Positions 13,483 through 25,400 of a stretch of DNA of 64,000 nt are shown here, one piece after another. The stretch's first letter is position 1. The number at the start of each line of letters is the position of its first letter. The position numbers and the translations under genes are program-made. This DNA comes from Selaginella moellendorffii. Lineage: Eukaryota > Plantae > Lycopodiophyta. Under the pieces are notes generated by a model, which was given only the letters and a program-made list of their open reading frames with translations, was not told the origin of the DNA and made no database searches. The stretch spans positions 962,682 through 1,026,681 of the forward strand of contig NW_003314278.1 in the NCBI RefSeq assembly GCF_000143415.4. The letters are read 5' to 3'.

Positions 13483-13548
13483 GTAAGCTGGCAAATTGGA
13501 AAGGAAAAATTTGTGGCTTACAATTTGGTATCGGAGCCTTTTCCTCAG
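13483..13548 (+). other. Candidate 66-nt spliceosomal intron spanning the U5 end and PBS of B1 (B2 equivalent 27254-27319, minus)
   Basis: AG|GTAAGC donor, CTTAC branch-like site ~28 nt before the acceptor, CCTTTTCCTCAG| acceptor; gag ATG follows 33 nt later. Confidence 0.65.
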
Positions 13549-13581
13549 TTCTAGCGAAGGATAGAGGCGGATTGCTGGGAG

Positions 13582-16500
13582 ATGGCAAGGGCAGGGCGTA
13601 AGCGAACCCAGGCGGAGACGGAACCTCCGCCAGAGCTGGAGCCTCCGGTCGAACAAGAGGCTATGGATGAGGAATCTTTGCATGAGGAGGACTCCAGTGA
13701 GGAAACCTCCAAACAGGAGTCCGGTGGCGAGGTTCGGTCGTCCAAGGCTCAATTGGACGTGCTAGAAGGACAGTTGGCACAGACCAATACCCTGCTGGAA
13801 ACTCTCGTACGCAAGCTAAAGTGTGACGAGAGGCGGAAGAAAAAGAAAAAGACTGCGGATGCTGGCAGCGCAGAAGGTGCGGATCTTTCGGCCGGGACTG
13901 AGGCAAAACCAGACAAGGTCGAACAGACCGAAGTGGAATCAGTCCCTCAGGCAATTCCCAAGTACAAACCAAAGCCCCCACCGGTCTTCAAGGGAGTGAA
14001 TGACTATAAGGTGGTGGAGGATTGGTTTTACGATATGGAGGACTACTTCCGAGCGTTGCGGTTACCAAGCTCGGAGAAGGTCCCATGTGCAAAACCATAC
14101 TTGGCAGATAATGCCAAGTCTTGGTGGAGAACAACGGAGGCCAACGAAGGACCGGTGGTCACTTGGGACATGATGAAGGCGAGGATCCGCGCAACATATG
14201 TTCCTCCGAATGCCACTCTGCATCTGAGGGATGAACTGAGTAGGCTGAAACAGACAGGAACCATCCAGGAATATGTGAATGGGTTCATGGCAAAGAGGAT
14301 ACTTGTCACGGACATGGGGGATATGGATGCATTCCATGCCTTCATATCAGGTTTGCAAACCTGGGCTCGCGGCGAGGTGATGAGGTGGAACCCGACCAAC
14401 TACAAGGAAGCGTTGGATGCGGCCATCAAGGTGCATTTCAACGATAACCTGCGAAAGGGGAACACGACGGGGTCGGGATCCACATTTAGCAAAGGGGCCA
14501 AACCAAGGGGAACGTATAGCAAGGGGAAATTCAAAAGGAGTTTCTCTAAGAATGAGTCCTCGGGGTTCCGGAAAGGCAAATCCGGTGGCCAGCGAGCGAG
14601 TACGTGGGGGAGTCAAGCGAAAAAGGACAAACCCACGAATAAGAAGGTCAAGTCGTATAGCAGCGTGGGAAACAACGTATGCTACAACTGCGGCGAAGCG
14701 GGACACTTCTCGAGGGAATGTCCCTACCCGAAGAAGGCTAGAGCCAATATGGCCATCAAGTCGGGTGAAGTCCAAACTGAGGTATGTGATCCAGTCCCTA
14801 ACTCAAAGTTACTCATTACACGAGCAACTTTGGTAGAGAGTCGTTCGCGACATCTACTAGCCCTCCAAGGGAAGCTCGGAGGTAGCTTTGTTAAGATCCT
14901 TATTGACACGGGTGCTTCGGATAATTTTGTGGCTGCAGACATAGTCCGGCAAGCCGGACTAACGGTGCAGCGGCTAGGCGAACCAAGGACTATAGAATTT
15001 GTTCAGGGTAGCCAAAGCACCGATGAGGTACTTCGACAAGCGAGAGTCGAAGTGGGGACATGGAAAGTGGACATGGATTTCACCGTCTTGGATATGGCGG
15101 GATTTGACGTGATCTTCGGAATGGATTGGTTTAATCGGTTCGTGGTAGCGCTGCATGGACAAGGTAGGAACCTTGTGGTATTGGCGAATGCCCAAGGAAG
15201 AAGATCTAGGGTGGAGGCCCAGGATCTAAAGGTAGGGCAAAGCAAGGCCAAAGAGTCATGCTTGAACCTGGTGTCCACGAGAGGACAACTCACTAAAGGA
15301 ACTAAGGCAGCCTTTTTGTGCTTACTCTCGGTGAAGAGTGACAAAAAGACAAGAACGGAAGAAGTGCCTTTAGTGATCCAGCGAGTGTTGGACCAATTCC
15401 AGGATACCATGCCGGAGGAGCTACCGGCGGGGTTGCCCCCCGCACGACCGATAGAACATAAGATTGAGCTTGTCGAGGGCGCTGAGGCGGTGGTTCGTCC
15501 CCCCTATCGTTTGAACGAAAAAGAACTCAAGGAGCTCAAGTGCCAACTAGAGGAGTTGGTGGGCAAAGGGTATGTTAGGTTGAGCAAGTTGCCGTATGGG
15601 GCGCCGGTATTATTTGTGAAAAAGAAAGATGGATCTATGCGCATGTGCATAGATTACCGGTTGCTCAACAAGTATACCAAGAAGAACAAGTACCCGTTGC
15701 CAAGGATTGAGGACCTGTTCGATAGGTTGGGAAAGGCAAAATACTTCTCGAGGATTGACCTAAGGTCAGGATACTACCAGATCAGGGTAGCCGAGGAAGA
15801 TGTCGAGAAGACAACCTGTCGAACGAGGTATGGGAGCTTTGAGTTTTTGGTGATGCCCTTTGGGCTGTGCAATGCGCCGGCAACGTTTTCGGCGTTGATG
15901 AACCACGTCTTTGTACCCTATCTGGATCACTTTGTGGTCGTCTATATTGACGACATCCTGATCTATAGCGAGACGCTAGAGGAGCATGCCGAACACTTGG
16001 CGAAGGTGTTTGAGAAACTAAGGGAACATAAACTGTATGCTAAAGAAAGCAAATGTGACTTTGCTCAGCAAGAGGTAAAGTTTCTCGGGCATGTGGTGGG
16101 CCAGGACGGGCTCAAGGTGGACCCGGAGAAGGTCCAAGCGATCCAGGAATGGGAGCGACCATCGAATGTACATGAGTTGAGGGCGTTCTTGGGGCTATGC
16201 AACTACTATCGAAAGTTTATCAGACACTATTCGAGAGTAGCCCTGCCCTTAACGGATCAAACGGGAAAAGGGAAGATGGTATGGACAGCGCAATGCGAGG
16301 CGGCATTCGTCCACCTCAAAGGGAAGTTGAGGAAGGCTCCGATGTTGGCATTACCGGACTTTGGTAAGGACTTTGAGGTAGACACGGATGCTTCGGACTT
16401 TGCGTTAGGCGCAGTTTTGAAGCAAGACAACCATCCAGTAGCGTTCTTCTCGAAGAAGCTGGACAAGGCTCAACGGAAGTGGCCTGCCCACGAGAAGGAA

Positions 16501-17393
16501 TTGTTTGCGGTGGTCAAGGCGCTCAAGGAGTGGCGACACTACCTTGGGAGACACTTCAAGGTTTAGGCAGCTGGAGGATTATTTGCGATGCTATGTCTCG
16601 GGAGACCAGACCGATTGGGTAAGTCATTTGGGACTTGCGGAAATGTGTTATAACAACTCACCACATTCGAGTATCGGGGTGAGTCCATGGGAAGTCATCA
16701 ATGGGTGAGCTATTGAAGGTCATGTGGAACTCGGCGTGGCCGAGTATCATGGAGAGTTACCCGCAGTGGAGGCATTCACGGCGGAAAGACTCAACATTTG
16801 GAATCTAGTGAGGGATTCCTTGGAACGGGCTCAACAAAGGCAAACCAAGTACGCAAACCTAAAGCGCCGGGACGTAGAGTTCCAAGCTGGGGAGAAGGTG
16901 TGGCTGAACACCAAAAACCTTAGGCTACCAAGTGGGATCAGCCGAAAGTTGACCCAAAGGTAAAAATGCATGTATTCCTGTAAATGAATTGATCTTGAGT
17001 TCCTTAAGCAGGTTCGCGGGGCCTTACGAGATTGAGGCACGAATTGGTAAAGTGGCTTACCGACTCCGACTTCCTCGAGAGATGGGGAAGATGCACCCAG
17101 TGTTCCATGTGAACTTACTCAAGCCGTACTTTGAGGATCCGCTTCGCAAAGACCAAGTAAGACCTTTACCTGAGGTTATCCAAGGGGAAGAGGAATACGA
17201 AGTCGAGGCCATCCTCAATGCGCGCAAGAGCAAGCGACAAGGACGCGAGGTGAGAGAGTTCCATGTGAAGTGGAAAGGATTTCCACACTGCGAAGCAACA
17301 TGGGAACCGGAGGAGAACCTAGCGAACGCGCGAGATCTAGTGGAGGAATTTCTGCAAGGCAGAACTCTATGTACTTATGCAAAGTTCAATTAA
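13582..17393 (+). pseudogene. gag-pol: B1 gag-pol (Gag, CCHC, PR, RT, RNase H; integrase N-terminal half deleted; integrase C-terminus and chromodomain retained)
   Basis: 994-aa ORF with [25 protein letters not shown] and DASD; joins RQLEDYLRC out of frame at 16565; 52-nt intron at 16960-17011; chromodomain YEVEAIL..VKWKG..TWEP. Confidence 0.93.
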
Positions 17394-17479
17394 AAATATC
17401 AATTTGCAAAGTTGAGCAAGTGGCATATGTTGGGACCCGAAGGCGCGCCAAAGGTGAGCTAATTAGCATGGGTTAGCTA

Positions 17480-17797
17480 GGTCGACCAGGCGTAGGGAGC
17501 TACGCCCGACTCCCTGCGGGGATGTCGAAACCGTAGACGTATTCTACGGAGGTTGGGTTCGAGTCCCAACCCCCTAGTAAAGCAAGGCTGGGTTCAAGTC
17601 CCGACCCCATACTAGGGCGTGGTGAGGGGAGGAGTATAGGGACACCTATATTCCGTTGTCATGAGCTCTTGGCCGGGGAGGCTAACTTAGGCACACCGCT
17701 AAGTGGGGGGATGCCCCTGGAGACATGGTCAACAAGTCGTAGGATAAAAAAGAGACGTTCGATGTGGGCATCGAACTTCTTCTATGGGTGGTGGAGT
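17480..17797 (+). other. B 3' UTR structured module (two T-arm/B-box hairpins, GACA-loop hairpin, pre-PPT hairpin)
   Basis: GGTTGGG-TTCGAGT-CCCAACC at 17551-17571; GGGTTCAAGTCCC at ~17590; GGAGTATAGG-GACA-CCTATATTCC; GTTCGATG-TGGG-CATCGAAC. Also at 22044-22360 and 60089-60400 (minus). Confidence 0.7.
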
Positions 17798-18950
17798 TGT
17801 AAGGAACCAACTCGCCGAGGTGTCGTAGGCTAAGGGAACCCCGAAAGCATGACCAAAATGACAAAGAGTTCATCGGATGGGACCAAGTCAAAGATCGAGT
17901 CCAAGACCGACTCTAGGACCGAGTTCGAGATAGAGTCCGGAATCGAGTCCAAGACCGACTCGGGGACCGAGTTCGAGTCCGAGTTCGAGACCGAGTTCGA
18001 GACGGAGTCCGAGATCCGAAATCGGGTCCGAGACCGAGTCCGAAGTCGAGTCCGAGGTCGGGCCCGAGATCGGGTCCGAGATCGAGTCCGCGATCGAGTC
18101 CGAGACCGAATCCGAAGTCGGATCCGAAATCGGATCCGAGATCGAGCCAGAGACTAAGTCCAAATACTAATACGGGTCAAGGGGTGAAAGCCCAAAGCGT
18201 GCGTCCCCCAGGGGGGGGGGGCTGCAGGGGGTTCCAAAAGTATAGTAGGGATAGTGAGGTCCAGGAACCAGTTTTGAAGGGACTCTCCAGTTGGGCTTCC
18301 AAACCGACTTGAGGTTGGGACTGGGACTAAGGGGCCTTGGGTGGGAGTGAGCATGGACTTGGCTGGTGCCGGAGGGGCCATCCAAGGAAGTGCTCAAGAG
18401 CAGCTCCCACTCCCGAAAGGGAAACCGATTGCGGTGCTCCCGGCTCATGTGGAGTGGTGCCCCACTTGAGTACCATGCGGCTCATTGGTCCTCGCCCTTC
18501 CTAGGGGCTTGGGCCTTCCTTCGGGATGGAAGTGGGGGGCGAGAGGTACCCATACCGGGCCGTTAGGCCACGGTGTTTCGCCCCGGCGTCCCGAAGCAAG
18601 TGTTGCACTCAAGACTTGGGATTTAGAGGGTCCCATGATCAAGTCTTGTGGTACCAAGGGATGTTAGGAACCTGGAAGCTTGGTGTGCTTGGCTGCTTGT
18701 GCTTGCGGGGAGTGTAGCCGAACCTTAAGTCCAGTCTAACCCGGGGAGGGGGATTGGGAGTGATTTGGGAATCCGTGGAAGGATGGCTAATACTCCGTTG
18801 CTCGTGCAGTGAGTAGCTGAAACCAAGTAGGAGCTGGTACCATAGGTGAGAACCTTGGCAAGGGAACTTAGCAAAAGCCAAGGCAGTGTTGGACGGATAG
18901 ACGAGGTAAGCTGGCAAATTGGAAAGGAAAAATTTGTGGCTTACACTGCT

Positions 18951-20894
18951 GCTGCATTGAAGGCCTCTAGCCTGGCCCTTGCAGTGTCCAGGTTGGCCTT
19001 GGTACCTAGCAGAAAGAGTGCTGTATCATCCGCAAATGCGCAGTCGAGCAGGTCCCTTCCCACCATTTGAGTTCCTGGGAGTTGTTGTCTTTCCTTGGGT
19101 AACTCCACACCCCTGATTCCTTCACCTTCCGCCAGGAACGCCCCTAGAGCCTCCGCAACCATGAGGAAGAGGTACGGAGCCAACGGGCAGCCTTGACGCA
19201 TTGACCTCCCTAGCCGAAACCGCGGGCCTGTTTCTCCATTGATGACCACCCTGCTTGATGCTCCCCGGTACAGGAGAGCGATGCGTGTTACCATGGGCGT
19301 TGGGATTCCTATCCGTCTCATACAGTCCTCCAGGAAGTCCCAGTCCACCCGGTCGTACGCCTTCTTGAAATCCAGTAGCCACGCCACCACATTCTGCCTC
19401 GAGGATTTTGCCCATCTTTGGGCCAGGAGATAGGTCCAGATATTCTCCGCAATCTGTCTCCCTGGTACAAAGCCTGTCTGTTGTTCTCGAATAATGATGG
19501 GCATCACCGGTTGCAATTTAAGCGCCATCGCCTTGGCGTAGATTTTGTACGCTGTGGTGAGCATTGTTATTGGTCTCCAGTTGCGTAGCTCTTGAAGGTC
19601 CCCTCTCTTTGGAAGCAGTGCGATCTGGCCCTCCAGTATCTCCGCCGGGAGCTGCCCTGCTTGCTGTGCCTTCGTCCAGGCCTCCATCATCAGCGGACCA
19701 ATCACCTCCCAGTTGCTCTGAAAGAATCTCGGGGGCAGTCCATCTACCCCGGGCATTTTGTCATCACTCAATCTATCCAAGGCCTTGTGGAGATCTTCTA
19801 TGGTGAGATTTGCCACGAGTTTTTTGTTCCATTTCTGTGGGACTCTATACCGCAGAGTTTTTAACACCTTTTTTGCTGCCTGGGCTCTGGCTGTAGTCCC
19901 TGGTTGTGCTGTGTACAGCTGCTCGTAGAACCTTTGTGCCAGTTCCTGCATGCCTTGCTGATCCTCCACCAACTTTCCATCTTCTGCCTTGAGACCAAGA
20001 ATGGGTGGTGAGTCTGAGACTGGGCGGATACCTCTGTAGAAGGCCTTGTTCAACAGCCACTTGTTTACTGCCCATGAGTCCTCTTGAGTACGCACTCTGG
20101 AGCTCCAAGCCGCGAATTCCCTCTCTTGTAGTTCTGCTTCCCTCTGATCCAAGGCCGCTTGCCACCTTCCTGCGTCCTTGGCCGTCAGCACCATCCTCTG
20201 AGCTGCTGCCACCTTCTTCCTTGCTAGGCGCAGCTCCTTCATTACTTTGCCCTTTATCACCCGCTGTCTCTCTCTCAGCTGGTCCGAGCAGCCTTGCAGT
20301 ACTGTGTTGAGCACCAGTTCGCTCCCCTCTAGAATCCGACTAACTTGTGCTGCTGCCTGTGCATCTGCCAGGGTGTGGATTGAGATGGCTCACTGCGCTG
20401 CTTTACCTTTGTCTTTCTGGAGCTTGATTGTACACCGAACTGGGTCGTGGTCCGAAAAAGAGGGGAAACAAGGCCATGTCTTGAGACTCCCGCCATCTTT
20501 TCACACTCTAGGGGAGGCGTAGATCCTGTCCAGTTGTGACTGACAGCTTGTTGACTCCCGACGGGTGTAGGGGTGTGCATGGGGGGCGAATCCTTCCTCG
20601 TGCTGCAGGTCCACGAGGTCCAGCTGTTCTACCAGTGCCAGCCATTGTAGTTGTTCCCGGCCCTAGATGGTCTCTTGGCCTCCTCTCCTGTCCTCTGTGT
20701 TTTCCACCATGTTGAAATCCCCTATCACCAGCCAATGCTCTACCCGGCCTCTTCCTTTCACTCGAAGTTCTTCCCAGAAAAGGGTCCGGGCCTGTCTGTT
20801 GGTTGGGGCGTAGACGTTTAGGATCCCCACTCGTCCAAAGTGCAGGCTGAGCACCAGGAGCTGTGCTCTCCACGGCACCAACACTTCATGATCC
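18951..20894 (-). pseudogene. LINE ORF2 endonuclease C-terminal half plus reverse transcriptase
   Basis: 457-aa ORF 18941-20314 (PGVDG, WRPITML, LDFKKAYDRV, QGCPLAPYLF, FADD); upstream NVYAP/GDFN; a few stops. Confidence 0.92.
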
Positions 20895-22447
20895 TGTAAG
20901 CCACAAATTTTTCCTTTCCAATTTGCCAGCTTACCTCGTCTATCCGTCCAACACTGCCTTGGCTTTTGCTAAGTTCCCTTGCCAAGGTTCTCGCCTATGG
21001 TACCAGCTCCTACTTGGTTTCAGCTACTCACTGCACGAGCAACGGAGTGTTAGCCATCCTTCCACGGATTCCCAAATCACTCCCAATCCCCCTCCCCGGG
21101 TTAGACTGGACTTAAGGTTCGGCTACACTCCCCGCAAGCACAAGCAGCCAAGCACACCAAGCTTCCAGGTTCCTAACATCCCTTGGTACCACAAGACTTG
21201 ATCATGGGACCCTCTAAATCCCAAGTCTTGAGTGCAACACTTGCTTCGGGACGCCGGGGCGAAACACCGTGGCCTAACGGCCCGGTATGGGTACCTCTCG
21301 CCCCCCACTTCCATCCCGAAGGAAGGCCCAAGCCCCTAGGAAGGGCGAGGACCAATGAGCCGCATGGTACTCAAGTGGGGCACCACTCCACATGAGCCGG
21401 GAGCACCGCAATCGGTTTCCCTTTCGGGAGTGGGAGCTGCTCTTGAGCACTTCCTTGGATGGCCCCTCCGGCACCAGCCAAGTCCATGCTCACTCCCACC
21501 CAAGGCCCCTTAGTCCCAGTCCCAACCTCAAGTCGGTTTGGAAGCCCAACTGGAGAGTCCCTTCAAAACTGGTTCCTGGACCTCACTATCCCTACTATAC
21601 TTTTGGAACCCCCTGCAGCCCCCCCCCCCCTGGGGGACGCACGCTTTGGGCTTTCACCCCTTGACCCGTATTAGTATTTGGACTTAGTCTCTGGCTCGAT
21701 CTCGGATCCGATTTCGGATCCGACTTCGGATTCGGTCTCGGACTCGATCGCGGACTCGATCTCGGACCCGATCTCGGGCCCGACCTCGGACTCGACTTCG
21801 GACTCGGTCTCGGACCCGATTTCGGATCTCGGACTCCGTCTCGAACTCGGTCTCGAACTCGGACTCGAACTCGGTCCCCGAGTCGGTCTTGGACTCGATT
21901 CCGGACTCTATCTCGAACTCGGTCCTAGAGTCGGTCTTGGACTCGATCTTTGACTTGGTCCCATCCGATGAACTCTTTGTCATTTTGGTCATGCTTTCGG
22001 GGTTCCCTTAGCCTACGACACCTCGGCGAGTTGGTTCCTTACAACTCCACCACCCATAGAAGAAGTTCGATGCCCACATCGAACGTCTCTTTTTTATCCT
22101 ACGACTTGTTGACCATGTCTCCAGGGGCATCCCCCCACTTAGCGGTGTGCCTAAGTTAGCCTCCCCGGCCAAGAGCTCATGACAACGGAATATAGGTGTC
22201 CCTATACTCCTCCCCTCACCACGCCCTAGTATGGGGTCGGGACTTGAACCCAGCCTTGCTTTACTAGGGGGTTGGGACTCGAACCCAACCTCCGTAGAAT
22301 ACGTCTACGGTTTCGACATCCCCGCAGGGAGTCGGGCGTAGCTCCCTACGCCTGGTCGACCTAGCTAACCCATGCTAATTAGCTCACCTTTGGCGCGCCT
22401 TCGGGTCCCAACATATGCCACTTGCTCAACTTTGCAAATTGATATTT

Positions 22448-25400
22448 TTAATTGAACTTTGCATAAGTACATAGAGTTCTGCCTTGCAGAAATTCCTCCA
22501 CTAGATCTCGCGCGTTCGCTAGGTTCTCCTCCGGTTCCCATGTTGCTTCGCAGTGTGGAAATCCTTTCCACTTCACATGGAACTCTCTCACCTCGCGTCC
22601 TTGTCGCTTGCTCTTGCGCGCATTGAGGATGGCCTCGACTTCGTATTCCTCTTCCCCTTGGATAACCTCAGGTAAAGGTCTTACTTGGTCTTTGCGAAGC
22701 GGATCCTCAAAGTACGGCTTGAGTAAGTTCACATGGAACACTGGGTGCATCTTCCCCATCTCTCGAGGAAGTCGGAGTCGGTAAGCCACTTTACCGATTC
22801 GTGCCTCAATCTCGTAAGGCCCCGCGAACCTGCTTAAGGAACTCAAGATCAATTCATTTACAGGAATACATGCATTTTTACCTTTGGGTCAACTTTCGGC
22901 TGATCCCACTTGGTAGCCTAAGGTTCTTGGTGTTCAGCCACACCTTCTCCCCAGCTTGGAACTCTACGTCCCGGCGCTTTAGGTTTGCGTACTTGGTTTG
23001 CCTTTGTTGAGCCCGTTCCAAGGAATCCCTCACTAGATTCCAAATGTTGAGTCTTTCCGCCGTGAATGCCTCCACTGCGGGTAACTCTCCATGATACTCG
23101 GCCACGCCGAGTTCCACATGACCTTCAATAGCTCGCCCATTGATGACTTCCCATGGACTCACCCCGATACTCGAATGTGGTGAGTTGTTATAACACATTT
23201 CCGCAAGTCCCAAATGACTTACCCAATCGGTCTGGTCTCCCGAGACATAGCATCGCAAATAATCCTCCAGCTGCCTATTCACCCTTTCCGTTTGTCCGTC
23301 TGTCAAGAAGTGTTAGGACCACCAAACTTGACTTAATACCCCATACCTGTCTGTGGGTGATAGGCTGTGCTGAATTTCAACTTGGTGCGATACTGTTCCA
23401 GGAGGGTCCTCCAGAACCTACTAGTGAAGATCTTATCTCGATCTGAGATAATCTCCTCTGGCCTTCCCCGCACTCGAACCACTTGTTCGAAGAACAGTTT
23501 CGCCACACCTTCCGCATCCACCTCCGTTGTGGTGGGTATGAAATGTGCCATCTTCGAAAATCGGTCCACCACCACGAATATCGCATCGAACCCCTCGCTT
23601 GGGGGTAGTCCCGTGATGAAGTCCATCGTGAGACATTTCCACGGACGATCTGGAATTGGGATGCTTTGCAACAAGCCCCCACTAGCCTTAGTCACGGCTT
23701 TGACCTGCTGACATGTTGGACATGTCTTTACATAGTCTTGGACGTCCTTAGCCATATCTGGCCAATGGTACTTCCTCTTGAGTAAGCCCATCGTCTTGGG
23801 CACTCCGCCGTGTCCCGCAAGAGGTCCGTCATGACACTCTTCTAAGGCTACCTTCCTTAGTCCACCTTCTGGAACATACACCCTCGTTTGTTTGTAATAA
23901 ATGAGTCCATTGCGTTCCGCATAGCCCGTTTTCTCTTCCGTTGGCGGCTCACCTCTCTGGTGAGCTTCCCGTGCCTCCAGATTCCTCAACAACACTTCTT
24001 GTGCTAGACCATCGTTCTCATATGCTGTCCGCACATCGTCCCAGAAGGTTGCTGTTGCGCTGGAGATCGCCAACCTCAAGCTCGCTTTTCGACTTAGCGC
24101 ATCTGCCACGATGTTGCTCTTCCCAGGCTTGTACAGAATCTCGCAATCAAACTCGGCCAAGGCATTGGCCCACCGACCTTGTTTCCCTCTCAGGTCGGGT
24201 TGTGACAAGAAGTGTTTCGTTGCCACATTGTCCGTGTAAACCTTGAAGTGTCTCCCAAGGTAGTGTCGCCACTCCTTGAGCGCCTTGACCACCGCAAACA
24301 ATTCCTTCTCGTGGGCAGGCCACTTCCGTTGAGCCTTGTCCAGCTTCTTCGAGAAGAACGCTACTGGATGGTTGTCTTGCTTCAAAACTGCGCCTAACGC
24401 AAAGTCCGAAGCATCCGTGTCTACCTCAAAGTCCTTACCAAAGTCCGGTAATGCCAACACCGGAGCCTTCCTCAACTTCCCTTTGAGGTGGACGAATGCC
24501 GCCTCGCATTCCGCTGTCCATACCATCTTCCCTTTTCCCGTTTGATCCGTTAAGGGCAGGGCTACTCTCGAATAGTGTCTGATAAACTTTCGATAGTAGT
24601 TGCATAGCCCCAAGAACGCCCTCAACTCATGTACATTCGATGGTCGCTCCCATTCCTGGATCGCTTGGACCTTCTCCGGGTCCACCTTGAGCCCGTCCTG
24701 GCCCACCACATGCCCGAGAAACTTTACCTCTTGCTGAGCAAAGTCACATTTGCTCTCTTTAGCATACAGTTTATGTTCCCTTAGTTTCTCAAACACCTTC
24801 GCCAAGTGTTCGGCATGCTCCTCTAGCGTCTCGCTATAGATCAGGATGTCGTCAATATAGACGACCACAAAGTGATCCAGATAGGGTACAAAGATGTGGT
24901 TCATCAACGCCGAAAACGTTGCCGGCGCATTGCACAGCCCAAAGGGCATCACCAAAAACTCAAAGCTCCCATACCTCGTTCGACAGGTTGTCTTCTCGAC
25001 ATCTTCCTCGGCTACCCTGATCTGGTAGTATCCTGACCTTAGGTCAATCCTCGAGAAGTATTTTGCCTTTCCCAACCTATCGAACAGGTCCTCAATCCTT
25101 GGCAACGGGTACTTGTTCTTCTTGGTATACTTGTTGAGCAACCGGTAATCTATGCACATGCGCATAGATCCATCTTTCTTTTTCACAAATAATACCGGCG
25201 CCCCATACGGCAACTTGCTCAACCTAACATACCCTTTGCCCACCAACTCCTCTAGTTGGCACTTGAGCTCCTTGAGTTCTTTTTCGTTCAAACGATAGGG
25301 GGGACGAACCACCGCCTCAGCGCCCTCGACAAGCTCAATCTTATGTTCTATCGGTCGTGCGGGGGGCAACCCCGCCGGTAGCTCCTCCGGCATGGTATCC

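Larger units (their letters stand above)
12375..18945 (+). mobile_element. Ty3/gypsy chromovirus family B, copy B1 (internal ~961-bp deletion)
   Basis: 1148-bp LTRs 12375-13522 and 17798-18945 (TGTAAG...CTTACA) with only a few differences; TSD CTGCT; PBS TGGTATCGGAGC at 13526; PPT at 17786-17797. Confidence 0.97.

Noticed and set aside
16555-16575. B1 internal deletion as a reverse-transcribed splice product
   Set aside because: The junction is CAAGGTTTA/GGCAG with 2-bp TA microhomology. A clean GT-AG splice would give CAAG/GCAG, and the 52-nt intron is still present.
17530-17615. tRNA gene or tRNA-SINE
   Set aside because: Only T-arm-like hairpins are present; no convincing D-arm/A-box, acceptor stem or terminator.
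22830-23346. Ribosomal frameshift or readthrough as the explanation for the split integrase
   Set aside because: The coding segments do not overlap. The 47 and 52 extra nucleotides must be removed to restore D-35-E spacing and the KL..RF.GPY motif.
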